Shown: positions 19,381 through 29,480 of the stretch, piece after piece
Position numbering within the stretch: position 1 is the first letter of the stretch
How the letters are laid out: every line of letters starts with the position of its first letter
The notes under the pieces: model-generated
Told to the model about the DNA's origin: nothing
What the model saw: only the letters and a program-made list of their open reading frames with translations
The model's database searches: none
DNA from: a virus
Taxonomy: Duplodnaviria; Caudoviricetes
Length of the DNA: 56,105 nt
Direction: 5' to 3' (one strand)
IMG/VR virus record: IMGVR_UViG_3300005613_002598
Location: 1-56,105 of that record
Made by a program: the position numbers and the translations under genes

Positions 19381-19767
19381 GTGAGGACACAATTACTTTG
19401 CACATTCACATTTGAAGAGTCTTTAGAAGATACTTTAGATGATATTATAGATACACACGACATACTTTTCAATAGAATATTTGTATTGGAAAGTGATGAT
19501 GATGAATTGATGTGTACATACAACATATCGTATGTAACCAAATACAATATGTTACCTGATACAATATCAGTACATAGAAAAAAGGAAACAAATACCATAT
19601 ACACAATCAATGCTTTAAATCAACTCATTAGAATGCTCAATGGTGGTAATTTAGATAAATCATATACAGTTAACTGGGGTGATTATTCAAATTCAATAAT
19701 GTTGGTTAGAGGTGGGGAATTCAGTATATTACCAACTAAGGTATATAAGATCATTATGATAGAATAA
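19381..19767 (+). CDS. Hypothetical phage protein
   Basis: GTG start with GGAG upstream; QLLCTF and HRKKETNTIYTINALN motifs. Confidence 0.7.
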   Translation: MRTQLLCTFTFEESLEDTLDDIIDTHDILFNRIFVLESDDDELMCTYNISYVTKYNMLPDTISVHRKKETNTIYTINALNQLIRMLNGGNLDKSYTVNWGDYSNSIMLVRGGEFSILPTKVYKIIMIE

Positions 19768-19830
19768 AGGTAACGTAAAATTAACATTGGGGGGTTGATA
19801 TTATCAACTCTTTTTTGTATCATTACATCA

Positions 19831-20841
19831 ATGTCTCTACAACTAGGTTATGCTTGTATTAACCTTGCTCTAGGTAAGCACGGAATACACACGAATCGCA
19901 GTATGATTCGTAAAACATTTGATAAACGTGGTCTTTCATACGTGTCCGAATTGGCTCTAAAAAACGTAAAAGACCTTAAACGTATCATTCAATGGAATGT
20001 TGACAACGGTGTGCCACTATATCGTATGAGTAGTGGTATATTTCCATGGATGAGTGAGTATCAATTTACCGATTTACCTGATTATGAGAGTATACATTCT
20101 ATACTAAATGAAACTGGAAAACTTGCTCAAAGCTACGGGCATAGATTAAGCTTTCACCCCGGTCAATTTTGTGTGTTAGCTTCACCTAACGAAGATGTTG
20201 TCAATCGTTCTATTGATGAGTTAGACAAACATTCACAGATTATGGATATGATGGGTCTACCAAAATCTAATATGGCTAAAATCAATATCCATGTGGGGGG
20301 TGCATATGGTGACAAACAATCCGCTCTTCAGAGATTCTGTGAAAACTTCAAACGACTACATCCACATACACAAGCACGTCTTACTGTAGAAAACGATGAC
20401 AAAGCTAGTATGTATTCTGTTGTTGATTTGTATGAGGGTATTCACAAAGTTATTGGTATTCCCATTGTGTTTGATTATTACCATCACAAATTTTGTACTG
20501 GTGGACTTACCGAACGAGAGGCCTTAGGACTTGCAATCAGTACATGGAATTGCAAACCATGCACTCATTACTCAGAATCTCGTAGAGTTGAGCAAAAATT
20601 TGTCATTGAAGAGTTGTGTAGAAAAAACAACATCAGTATGGATGAATTACCTAGTTGGCCAACCCTTTCAAAGGTCTATAATCAATACTGTAAAACTAAA
20701 GAACAAGCTCATAGCGATTACATAATGGGTCCAATCAATGATTATGGGTATGACATCGATGTAATGGTTGAAGCAAAAATGAAAGAACAATCTTTAATAC
20801 AATATCAAAAAATTCAAAATAAAATTTTGATTTCTGAATAA
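19831..20841 (+). CDS. uvsE: UV DNA damage endonuclease (UvsE / UVDE)
   Basis: LGYACIN, YRMSS, RLSFHPGQF.VLAS, INIHVGG, RLTVENDD, PIVFDYYHH, HYSES, HSDY, DVMVEAKMKE. Confidence 0.92.
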   Translation: MSLQLGYACINLALGKHGIHTNRSMIRKTFDKRGLSYVSELALKNVKDLKRIIQWNVDNGVPLYRMSSGIFPWMSEYQFTDLPDYESIHSILNETGKLAQSYGHRLSFHPGQFCVLASPNEDVVNRSIDELDKHSQIMDMMGLPKSNMAKINIHVGGAYGDKQSALQRFCENFKRLHPHTQARLTVENDDKASMYSVVDLYEGIHKVIGIPIVFDYYHHKFCTGGLTEREALGLAISTWNCKPCTHYSESRRVEQKFVIEELCRKNNISMDELPSWPTLSKVYNQYCKTKEQAHSDYIMGPINDYGYDIDVMVEAKMKEQSLIQYQKIQNKILISE

Positions 20842-20888
20842 CAATTCTTATATTTACAAACATCACTAAAAACTTAAAATTTAAAATT

Positions 20889-21641
20889 ATGTCGTTAAAT
20901 CTAGATTCAATTAGAAACAAACTAAATAGCCTACAAAAGGCTACTACCAAAAAGAGTGACTTTCTTTGGAGACCTGAAACTGGTAAAAACCAAATCCGAA
21001 TTGTACCTTATCAATTCAATAAGGAAAACCCGTTCATTGAAGGTTATTTCCATTACAATTTGGGTAGAAAGACTTACCTATCTCCACAAACCTATGGAGA
21101 ATCAGATCCTATTGTTGAATTTTCCGAACAGTTGAAATCAACTGGTGTTAAGGAAGATTGGCAACTTGGTCGTAAACTAGAACCAAAAATGAGAATTTAT
21201 GTTCCTGTATTGGTTCGTGGTAAGGAAAGTGAGGGTGTTAAACTTTGGGGATTCGGTAAAACTGTTTATCAAGAATTGCTCAACTATATCGTTGACCCCG
21301 ACTATGGTGATATCACAGACTTGAGAAATGGTAGAGATGTGGTTGTTACTTACGTACCAGCCGAAGGTGCTAACTATCCAAAAACATCTATTATGATTAA
21401 ACCAAATCCAACCCCAGCAACTGAAGATAAGGCTATTGCTGATATGGTGTTGAATCAACAAAGTAATTTCTTTGATGTGTTTGAAAAACGTTCTTATGAT
21501 GAACTAAAGAATGCTCTTGAAATGTACATCAATCAAGATGAAGTTGTCGATGAACAAGTTCAATCTGAAAACAAAGAAACCAGTTCGGTTACTAAAACCG
21601 ATGATTTAGATTCAGCATTTGATGACCTATTTAATTCTTAA
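20889..21641 (+). CDS. Single-stranded DNA-binding protein (T4 gp32-like)
   Basis: WRPETGKNQIRIVP, YFHY, VKLWGFGKTVY, DYGDITD..GRD, acidic C-terminal DDLDSAFDDLF. Confidence 0.8.
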   Translation: MSLNLDSIRNKLNSLQKATTKKSDFLWRPETGKNQIRIVPYQFNKENPFIEGYFHYNLGRKTYLSPQTYGESDPIVEFSEQLKSTGVKEDWQLGRKLEPKMRIYVPVLVRGKESEGVKLWGFGKTVYQELLNYIVDPDYGDITDLRNGRDVVVTYVPAEGANYPKTSIMIKPNPTPATEDKAIADMVLNQQSNFFDVFEKRSYDELKNALEMYINQDEVVDEQVQSENKETSSVTKTDDLDSAFDDLFNS

Positions 21642-21643
21642 TT

Positions 21644-21826
21644 ATGAAAATTACATCTGACGGTAAAAAATACATTTCTAAAAATGTAGAATCACCTATC
21701 AAAACTTTGGCAGGTGAATTGCAAAAACGTGGACAATTCAACGATACCATTAGTGATATCATTACTCACGTTTTAAAGAACATCAATCAAATTTCAAAAT
21801 GGGAAGATGCCGATGAGCAAACGTGA
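21644..21826 (+). CDS. Small hypothetical protein
   Basis: 60 aa ORF filling the gap between SSB and RecA. Confidence 0.5.
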   Translation: MKITSDGKKYISKNVESPIKTLAGELQKRGQFNDTISDIITHVLKNINQISKWEDADEQT

Positions 21827-22928
21827 TGATTTAACACAAGTTATAGCCGACTCTATCAATAAGAAATTTAAGGATTACAAGACTGCTTTCTTTTTGGATG
21901 GGATGGAAGAAACTCCAACTGATTTAACTGAATGGATTTCTACTGGGTCATCTATGTTGGATTTGGCTATTTCTAATCGAAAGCACGGTGGTATACCAGT
22001 TGGTAGGATAACAGAAATCACTGGACTTGAAGCTTCTGGTAAATCATTGGTAGCTGCACATCTTTTGGCAAATACTCAAAAAAAAGATGGATTGGCTATA
22101 TTCATAGATACTGAAAATGCTATCAATGAACAGTTTTTAGGGGCTATTGGTGTTGACCTAAACAAGATGTTATATATCCAAACAGAAACAGTTGAGGATA
22201 TATTTGAAATTGTTGAAAGTATCATTACAAAAGTCAGAGAATCTGATAAAGATAAATTGGTTACTATTGTGGTGGACTCAGTTGCTGCGGCAACTACCAA
22301 AGTTGAACAATCTGCTGATTATGAAAAGGATGGTTGGTCTACTGCAAAAGCTATTGTTATTTCAAAGGCAATGCGAAAGATTACACAGTTGATTGGTAGG
22401 CAACGAGTGGCTTTGGTTTTTACAAACCAACTCCGAGAAAAACTTGGTGTGATGTTTGGAGACAAGTATACTACTTCAGGTGGTAAGGCACTTCAGTTTC
22501 ACGCATCTTGTCGGTTGAGATTGAAATCTGTTGGCCAACTTAAAGCAAAGATACATGGTAAAGAACAAGTGGTTGGTATCAAAACAAAAGCACAAGTTGT
22601 TAAAAATCGAATGGGTCCACCACTACGTACCGCTGAGTTTAATATACTTTTTGAATCTGGTATTGACGATTATGGTAGTTGGTTGGAAGTAATGAAAGAT
22701 TATAACATCGTAAAGCAAAGTGGCGCTTGGTATACTTACATCAATGAAGAAACTGGGGAGGAAATCAAATTCCAATCAAAAGACTTCGAAGAAAGAGTGT
22801 TGAGTGATTCATCTAATCGAGATGATATCTACAATAAAATTGCAGATGCGGTAATCATGGCTTACAAAACCGACAATATAGGTATTGATGATATTGAGGT
22901 TGGTATTGATGATGTTCCAAATGGTTAA
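21813..22928 (+). CDS. recA: RecA / UvsX recombinase
   Basis: ISTGSSMLDLAI, GGIPVGRITEITGLEASGKS, FIDTE, VVDSVAA, TNQLR, TTSGGKALQFHAS, VKNR, SGAWY. Confidence 0.95.
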   Translation: MSKRDDLTQVIADSINKKFKDYKTAFFLDGMEETPTDLTEWISTGSSMLDLAISNRKHGGIPVGRITEITGLEASGKSLVAAHLLANTQKKDGLAIFIDTENAINEQFLGAIGVDLNKMLYIQTETVEDIFEIVESIITKVRESDKDKLVTIVVDSVAAATTKVEQSADYEKDGWSTAKAIVISKAMRKITQLIGRQRVALVFTNQLREKLGVMFGDKYTTSGGKALQFHASCRLRLKSVGQLKAKIHGKEQVVGIKTKAQVVKNRMGPPLRTAEFNILFESGIDDYGSWLEVMKDYNIVKQSGAWYTYINEETGEEIKFQSKDFEERVLSDSSNRDDIYNKIADAVIMAYKTDNIGIDDIEVGIDDVPNG

Positions 22929-22933
22929 ATTTA

Positions 22934-23977
22934 GTGAACAAGTATATTGAAATTCTGCGGAACTTAAAGGAAGAGTCCACAACCAATGATAATCCAAATT
23001 CTAGGATATTGTTGGTTGACGGACTCAACCTTTTTATTAGGTCATTTGCTGCAACGCCTGTTGTAAATGATAATGGTGAACATATTGGGGGAATTACTGG
23101 TTCCCTTTTGAGTATGGGGTATACTATTAAGATGCTAAAACCTACTAGAGTGATTGTTTGCTTCGATGGTAAAGGTGGTTCTGTAAGACGTAGAAAGTTG
23201 TATGATGGGTATAAATCAAATCGTAAAGTTTCTCAGAAAGTTTTTAGACCAAATACATATTCATTGGAGGAAGAAAAGGTATCTATGACTAGACAAATGT
23301 CTAGGTTGATAGAGTATATGGACAATCTTCCAATAACCACGTTGGCTATTGATAATATAGAAGCAGATGATGCTATCGCGTATATCACACAACAAATATA
23401 CAATCAGGAAGAGTGTTTTATTATGTCTTCCGACAAAGATTTTTTACAGTTGGTTGATGATAGAGTTCGAGTTTGGTCTCCTACAAAAAAGAAACTATAT
23501 GACCGTGAATCTGTATTTGATGAATTTGGGGTACACTCTCATAATTTTTTAGAGTATCGTTCAATAATTGGTGATAAATCAGACAACATAGGTGGTATTA
23601 AGGGAGCTGGTCCAAAGTCTCTTAAAAAGCAAATTCCAATACTTTTTGATAGTGAATCGGTTGGTATTCATAAAATAATTGATTATGTTTGTAATTCTAA
23701 CAGTAAGTCAAAATTGATTGAAACTATTCGAGACAGTAAACCAATCTTAGAACGTAACTATCAGTTAATGCAGTTACGTGATGTTGATATTTCTGGATTT
23801 GCCAAATCATCAATAATGGATTCTGTTAGACAACCAATTAATAGATTAAATAAGTTAGCTATAACTAGAATGTTAATTCAAGATATGATGAATACTTCTA
23901 TAAAAAATCCAGATGTATGGATACGTGAAGTATTTACAACCCTAAATGTTATGGCCGATAAATCCCATAGTGTATGA
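22934..23977 (+). CDS. 5'-3' exonuclease / RNase H (flap endonuclease family)
   Basis: LVDGLNLFIR, FDGKGGS..R..YKSNR, EADDAIA, SSDKDFLQL, GDKSDNIGG..GAGPK. Confidence 0.92.
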   Translation: MNKYIEILRNLKEESTTNDNPNSRILLVDGLNLFIRSFAATPVVNDNGEHIGGITGSLLSMGYTIKMLKPTRVIVCFDGKGGSVRRRKLYDGYKSNRKVSQKVFRPNTYSLEEEKVSMTRQMSRLIEYMDNLPITTLAIDNIEADDAIAYITQQIYNQEECFIMSSDKDFLQLVDDRVRVWSPTKKKLYDRESVFDEFGVHSHNFLEYRSIIGDKSDNIGGIKGAGPKSLKKQIPILFDSESVGIHKIIDYVCNSNSKSKLIETIRDSKPILERNYQLMQLRDVDISGFAKSSIMDSVRQPINRLNKLAITRMLIQDMMNTSIKNPDVWIREVFTTLNVMADKSHSV

Positions 23978-25275
23978 CAGATAAACTTAGTGAATATGGT
24001 TATAATTTTCAGATAAAAGTTTTGGCTTCTCTTTTCAAAGATAAGTCATTTCTCAATCAAGTTATTGATATATTAGAAACCAATTATTTTGAGAGTGAAG
24101 CAAATCAGTTTATCATTGATGTAGTTCGTGAATATTTCCAACAATACAAAACATCACCATCGATGGAAGTATTGAAGGTTAAAATTACTGAAATAGAAAA
24201 TGATGTTCTAAAAGAAATGGTTGTTGACCAAGTTAAGCAAATTTGGAAACACTTGGAATCGGATGATTTAGATTTTGTAAAAGAAAAAACTCTTGAATTT
24301 TGTAAAAATCAAAAATTAAAGTCAGCTATCATGGATTCTGTCAATCTACTAAAGAACGGTAGGTATGATGAAATCAAAATGAAGATTGACACTGCAATGA
24401 AAGCAGGTGCCGACAGAGATGTTGGACACGAATACATACAACATATTGATGAACGATATGAAGAATCGGTTAGAAATACAATCACTACAGGTTGGGATAT
24501 TATAGATGATATTACATCTGGTGGGTTAGGTGCTGGTGAACTTGGAGTTGTAGTAGCTCCAGCTGGTATTGGAAAATCTTGGTTACTGGCCAATGTAGGA
24601 GCAAATGCTGTTCGTTCTGGATTAAAGGTAATTCACTATACACTTGAATTGAATCAGGCTTATGTTGGGTTGAGATACGATAGTATTTTCACTGGTATCG
24701 CCAATCAAAATTTGAAATACAATATTGATGAAGTAAAGAGAATTGTTGGCAATATCAGAGGTGATTTGTTAATCAAGTATTATCCAACAAAAACAGCAAC
24801 AACTAATACATTATCAAGTCATATTGAAAAATGTAAGATACAAGGGTTTAATCCAGATTTGATAATTGTAGATTATGCCGACCTTTTGAGGTCTTCGATA
24901 ACATCCAGAGAAATTAGACATGAATTGGGTAGTATCTATGAGATGTTACGTGGGTTGGCTGGTGAGCAAGAATTGCCAGTGTGGACCGCTAGCCAAGCTA
25001 ATAGATGTCATATTTTAACTGATGTAGTAGAAACTGAAAACGGTAAGATAGAAATTGGTAAAATAAAAGAAGGTGATAAAATTTTAACTCATAATGGTTA
25101 TAAAAAAGTAACTAAAGTTTTTCCAGTTGAAAAACAGCCGGTGTATAAAGTTACATTAAAATCTGGAAAGGAAATAACCATTTCAGCTAATCACGATTTG
25201 CCTGTTATGCATGGGAAATTGAAATCGGTAGCAACTGGATTAAAAGTCGGTGATAAATTATTTACAAGGAAATAA
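23974..25275 (+). CDS. dnaB: DnaB / gp41-like replicative helicase, N-fragment fused to split-intein N-half
   Basis: Walker A APAGIGKS, YTLEL, IIVDYADLL, WTASQANR followed by intein starting CHILTD. Confidence 0.92.
   Translation: MTDKLSEYGYNFQIKVLASLFKDKSFLNQVIDILETNYFESEANQFIIDVVREYFQQYKTSPSMEVLKVKITEIENDVLKEMVVDQVKQIWKHLESDDLDFVKEKTLEFCKNQKLKSAIMDSVNLLKNGRYDEIKMKIDTAMKAGADRDVGHEYIQHIDERYEESVRNTITTGWDIIDDITSGGLGAGELGVVVAPAGIGKSWLLANVGANAVRSGLKVIHYTLELNQAYVGLRYDSIFTGIANQNLKYNIDEVKRIVGNIRGDLLIKYYPTKTATTNTLSSHIEKCKIQGFNPDLIIVDYADLLRSSITSREIRHELGSIYEMLRGLAGEQELPVWTASQANRCHILTDVVETENGKIEIGKIKEGDKILTHNGYKKVTKVFPVEKQPVYKVTLKSGKEITISANHDLPVMHGKLKSVATGLKVGDKLFTRK
25006..25272 (+). mobile_element. 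Split intein N-half (IntN, 89 aa), gp41-8-like
   Basis: Starts with Cys1; IGKIKEGDKI, VYKVTLKSGKEITISANH block B; ends GLKVGDKLFTRK then stop. Confidence 0.9.
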
Positions 25276-25286
25276 AGAATTTATAA

Positions 25287-25427
25287 ATGAAAATGCATAA
25301 TTTAAATCCAAAAGAGTTTGCGATGGATGAAATCGTTTCGATTGAATTAATTGGCGAAAAAGATACTGTAGATATTACAGTTGAAGATACACATATGTTT
25401 TTTGCTAATGATGTATATTCACATAAC
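25287..25427 (+). mobile_element. Split intein C-half (IntC, 47 aa)
   Basis: Block F (TVDITVEDTHMFFAN), block G His-Asn and Ser+1. Confidence 0.9.
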
Positions 25428-25748
25428 TCGGCATTGGAAGATGATGTAATTGGCGCTGAAAAGATTTCCGAGGATTATAGTAAAATCATGACAGCTGATT
25501 TTGTTGTTTCATTATCTCGTAAATTGGAAGATAAGGTGGCTGGGACTGGTAGAATTCATGTGATTAAAAACAGATTTGGACCAGATGGTATTACATTCCC
25601 AACTAAAATGAATGCATCAAATGGTAAGATAGACATTTATGATAGCCAATCTACTGATGGGAAAACAACGCAAAAATCAATGGATAATGGCGAGGATTAT
25701 ACTAGAAAATTATTGAAAAATAAATTCAAAGAACTAACTTCTGGATAG
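25287..25748 (+). CDS. dnaB: Split-intein C-half fused to helicase C-fragment
   Basis: DEIVSIELIGEKDTVDITVEDTHMFFANDVYSHN|SALEDD, then ISEDYSK..ADFV..IKNRFG. Confidence 0.92.
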   Translation: MKMHNLNPKEFAMDEIVSIELIGEKDTVDITVEDTHMFFANDVYSHNSALEDDVIGAEKISEDYSKIMTADFVVSLSRKLEDKVAGTGRIHVIKNRFGPDGITFPTKMNASNGKIDIYDSQSTDGKTTQKSMDNGEDYTRKLLKNKFKELTSG

Positions 25749-25795
25749 TGTTATGTGATATTTATATATCCAACTAAAAATTAGAGATTTATTAT

Positions 25796-27652
25796 ATGGA
25801 ATTATCAAATAAAATTTTATCAGATATTACGGTGTACATGAAGTACGCCAAGTATATCCCCGAATTGAATAGACGAGAAACGTGGGAGGAATTGGTAGAC
25901 CGAAACAAAGAAATGCACATCAAGAAATATCCAAATTTACGGGATGAAATTGAAAGTGTGTATCAATTGGTGTACGACAAAAAGGTATTGCCTTCAATGC
26001 GTAGTATGCAGTTTGCTGGTAAGGCTATTGAAATTAGTCCAAATAGAGTTTACAATTGCGCTTATTTACCAATCGATGATTGGCGTTCTTTTAGTGAAAT
26101 TATGTTTTTACTCTTAGGGGGTACTGGTGTGGGTTATAGTGTTCAAAAACACCATGTAGAAAAATTACCCGAAATTCGTAAACCAAACGTAAACAGAACG
26201 CGTAGATTTTTAATTGATGATTCCATTCAGGGTTGGGCCGATTCGGTTAAGGTTTTAATTAAGAGTTATTTATATGGTGGTAGTAAAATCAAATTCGATT
26301 TTAGTGATATTCGACCAAAGGGTGCTAGACTTGTTACAAGTGGTGGTAAGGCCCCGGGACCACAACCATTAAAGGAATGTTTAATTAAAGTAGAAGGAAT
26401 TCTTTCAGAAAAACAAGATGGAGAAAAACTAAAACCAATTGAAGTTCATGATATTGTTTGTTATATTGCTGATGCTGTATTGGCGGGTGGAATCCGCAGA
26501 GCCGCACTTATCTCATTATTCTCTGCCGATGATGACGATATGATTTCTTGTAAAAGTGGTCATTGGTGGGAGAAAAACCCACAACGTGGTAGAGCTAACA
26601 ATTCGGCAGTTTTGATGAGACATCGTATAACCAAAAAGTTCTTTATGGATATATGGAAACGTGTTGAACTTTCTGGAGCTGGGGAGCCGGGTATCTACTT
26701 ATCAAATGATAAGGATTGGGCAACTAACCCTTGTTGCGAAATCGCGCTTCGTCCATACCAGTTTTGTAATCTTACAGAGGTAAACGTAAGTAACATTGAA
26801 TCACAGGAAGACCTCAACACTCGTGTTAAGGCAGCCGCATTTATTGGAACTATGCAAGCCGGATACACGGATTTTCACTATCTTAGACCAATATGGCAAC
26901 GTACAACTGAAAAGGACGCTTTGATTGGTGTTAGTATGACAGGTATTGGAAGTGGTGTGGTACTTGGATATGATATGACTGAGGCTGCAAATGTTGTAAA
27001 GGATGAAAATGAAAGAGTGGCAAATCTCATTGGTATCAACCCAGCGGCTAGAACCACTTGTGTGAAACCAGCTGGTACAACTTCATTGACACTTGGTACA
27101 AGTTCTGGAATTCACGCTTGGCACAATGATTACTACATCCGTAGAATTCGTGTAGGTAAGAATGAAGCAATTTACACATATCTTGCAATAAATCACCCAG
27201 AACTTATAGAGGATGAATATTTCCGACCACATGATACGGCAATTATTTCAATTCCTCAGAAAGCTCCTTCTGGTGCCATTCTAAGAACCGAGAGTAGTTT
27301 TGATTTGTTAGAACGTGTTAAAAAAGTTTCTGAAGAATGGATTGTACCGGGTCATAGAAATGGAAATAACACCCATAACGTATCAGCTACCGTATCTATT
27401 AAAGATGGCGATTGGGATGCTGTTGGTGAGTGGATGTGGGATAATAGAAATTCTTATAATGGACTTTCTGTATTAAACTATGATGGTGGTACTTATACTC
27501 AAGCTCCCTTTGAGGATTGTACAAAGGAAGACTATGAAAGATTGATGAAAAGTTTACATGATGTTGACTTGAGTAAAGTAATTGAACTTACAGATGAAAC
27601 TGACCTTAAGGGAGAATTGGCATGCGCTGGTTCAAGTTGTGAAATTGTTTGA
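25796..27652 (+). CDS. nrdJ: Class II (B12-dependent) ribonucleotide reductase
   Basis: RRETWEE, PSMRSMQFAG, YNCAY, GTGVGYS, RRAALISL, TNPCCEI, CNLTE, TTCVKPAGT, C-terminal CAGSSC; no beta subunit nearby. Confidence 0.88.
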   Translation: MELSNKILSDITVYMKYAKYIPELNRRETWEELVDRNKEMHIKKYPNLRDEIESVYQLVYDKKVLPSMRSMQFAGKAIEISPNRVYNCAYLPIDDWRSFSEIMFLLLGGTGVGYSVQKHHVEKLPEIRKPNVNRTRRFLIDDSIQGWADSVKVLIKSYLYGGSKIKFDFSDIRPKGARLVTSGGKAPGPQPLKECLIKVEGILSEKQDGEKLKPIEVHDIVCYIADAVLAGGIRRAALISLFSADDDDMISCKSGHWWEKNPQRGRANNSAVLMRHRITKKFFMDIWKRVELSGAGEPGIYLSNDKDWATNPCCEIALRPYQFCNLTEVNVSNIESQEDLNTRVKAAAFIGTMQAGYTDFHYLRPIWQRTTEKDALIGVSMTGIGSGVVLGYDMTEAANVVKDENERVANLIGINPAARTTCVKPAGTTSLTLGTSSGIHAWHNDYYIRRIRVGKNEAIYTYLAINHPELIEDEYFRPHDTAIISIPQKAPSGAILRTESSFDLLERVKKVSEEWIVPGHRNGNNTHNVSATVSIKDGDWDAVGEWMWDNRNSYNGLSVLNYDGGTYTQAPFEDCTKEDYERLMKSLHDVDLSKVIELTDETDLKGELACAGSSCEIV

Positions 27653-27664
27653 TGTGAGGTTTTT

Positions 27665-27811
27665 TTGAAATCAAAGGATTACTATATGGACGGTGGTAAG
27701 GTAGTTTTTACCGAACAGTATCATATGAAACGAGGTTACTGTTGTGGTAATGGTTGCCGCCATTGTCCATATAATCCAAAACATAAGAAAGGTTCTACTA
27801 AGATTAAATGA
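27665..27811 (+). CDS. Small Cys-rich protein (DUF5522-like), not in the ORF track
   Basis: TTG start after GAGGT; reads KSKDYYMDGGKVVFTEQYHMKRGYCCGNGCRHCPYNPKH. Confidence 0.7.
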   Translation: MKSKDYYMDGGKVVFTEQYHMKRGYCCGNGCRHCPYNPKHKKGSTKIK

Positions 27812-27818
27812 TTGACCA

Positions 27819-28610
27819 ATGTTGATTAAAGAGATACCGAAGTCTTTAGCAGTACCATTTATACAACAATATCATTATAGTAAGATACTACCAAGATTAA
27901 CAAAGCATTATATTGGTTTTTTTGAAGATGATAAGCTAGTAGGAGTGGTAACGCTTGGTTGGGGTACACAACCCTTACAAACCATTAAAAAGATATTTCC
28001 AAATAAACAATTCACCACTACCGATTATTTTGAAATTGGGAAGATGTGTTTTATCCCTGATAAAAACAATTCTAATTGGGGGTCTTATGCATTATCACAA
28101 CTCATCAAGTGGATAAAGAAAAATTTAGATATAAAATTTCTATATACTCTTGCTGATGGAATCATGGGTAAGTGTGGTTATGTATATCAAGCATCAAATT
28201 TCATTTATATTGGTAAATTTAAAACTGATGTATATCTCGACGAATCTACTGGTGAAAAAATACACCCACGAAGTGCAAAGGAGTTGTGTAAAGAAAATGC
28301 TCAGATACTAGGTAAATCAAAGGTTTTTTGGTTAACTCATGAGTTTTGTGAATACAAAAAAATATCAAGAATTAGAGGATTGATGTTTAGATACATTTAC
28401 CCATTGGATAAATCAAATAGAAAACTTGTTTACAATTTATATGGTAATCTACCATATCCAAAACAAAGTGATTTACTTTTTGAAAAACGAGTTAATCTTG
28501 GTAAATTTGAAGTGGTACCTATGCCAAAATTCAACATGGATGTGTTCAACCACAATTATCAAAAGTATGGAATAAATGAGAAGTCCAAAACATTTTTTAA
28601 TTTTGGATAA
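27819..28610 (+). CDS. Mom-like GNAT-fold DNA (adenine) modification protein 1
   Basis: FIQQYHYS, LVGVVTLG, EIGKMC, YTLADG..GYVYQASNFIYIG, RYIYPL. Confidence 0.72.
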   Translation: MLIKEIPKSLAVPFIQQYHYSKILPRLTKHYIGFFEDDKLVGVVTLGWGTQPLQTIKKIFPNKQFTTTDYFEIGKMCFIPDKNNSNWGSYALSQLIKWIKKNLDIKFLYTLADGIMGKCGYVYQASNFIYIGKFKTDVYLDESTGEKIHPRSAKELCKENAQILGKSKVFWLTHEFCEYKKISRIRGLMFRYIYPLDKSNRKLVYNLYGNLPYPKQSDLLFEKRVNLGKFEVVPMPKFNMDVFNHNYQKYGINEKSKTFFNFG

Positions 28611-29398
28611 TGCGGGAATGTGGAAAACATTATTGCGATACATCGCGGGTTACAATTCGTGAAATAAAAAAGTCAGTAGCTGAGGATATGGTGGTTAAAT
28701 ACCATTACTCTCATACCTGGACATCGTGTCGTTACGCATTAGGTGTGTTTTATAAAAATGACACGCCCGATGTGTTGGGTAACTTTGAAGAGTTGATAGG
28801 ATGTTTGGTGTATGGGTTTCCAGTTGGTAGATTAACTGTAAAATCAATTACAGATGATTTACAGAATGATGAGTGCTTGGAATTAACCCGAATGTATATC
28901 CACGATGGGTATGGTTCGAACATTGAATCATATTGTATATCACAATCATTCAGATGGTTAAAGGAAAACGCACCAAACATAAAGGTGTTAATTAGCTATG
29001 CAGACCCCGAACAAAAACATGAAGGCAAAGTATACCAAGCAACGAATTGGTTATATCAGAGTGGTGATGATATAAAGTTAGTTCCCAGTTATTGGTTTTC
29101 TTTTACAAATCCTCATAAATGGATACATGAACGAAGTGTAGGTGATAAGTGGGGAACTGTAAGTGTTTCCTCACTTAAAACAATACTTGGTAAAAATGGT
29201 ATATCTGAGTTTTGGACAAGACCTATGGCTAACAAACATAGGTATTTACAGATACTCACAGATAAAAGAGAAAAACGTAAAATTATCGATAAGCTAAAAC
29301 ATCCAACGAAACCATACCCAACAACATCAACAAACTATACTGACTTAATTGAAAGACACGAAACTTACGAGCCAGAAAATCAAGTAAGTTTTTGGTAA
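28610..29398 (+). CDS. Mom-like GNAT-fold DNA (adenine) modification protein 2
   Basis: VKYHYSH, IGCLVYG, LELTRM, NIESYCISQS, ISYADPEQKHEGKVYQATNWLY, KHRY. Confidence 0.8.
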   Translation: MRECGKHYCDTSRVTIREIKKSVAEDMVVKYHYSHTWTSCRYALGVFYKNDTPDVLGNFEELIGCLVYGFPVGRLTVKSITDDLQNDECLELTRMYIHDGYGSNIESYCISQSFRWLKENAPNIKVLISYADPEQKHEGKVYQATNWLYQSGDDIKLVPSYWFSFTNPHKWIHERSVGDKWGTVSVSSLKTILGKNGISEFWTRPMANKHRYLQILTDKREKRKIIDKLKHPTKPYPTTSTNYTDLIERHETYEPENQVSFW

Positions 29399-29422
29399 TT
29401 ACAAAATAATTTCTTACATTGT
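29391..29422 (+). promoter_or_regulatory. Bacteroidota-type promoter variant
   Basis: TTTG (29391-94), 20-nt spacer, TACATTGT; similar TTTG-N19/20-TATATTTA at 20826-20856 and 33991-34022. Confidence 0.5.
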
Positions 29423-29480
29423 AAAAAACATAGGGGAAGTTAGCATCCTTTTAACTCACAAATTTTAATTTTATTGTAGT

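Noticed and set aside
20580-20700. Extra segment of about 35 aa near the UvsE C-terminus as a possible mini-intein
   Set aside because: No Cys/Ser start, His-Asn end or intein blocks; most likely a simple loop insertion
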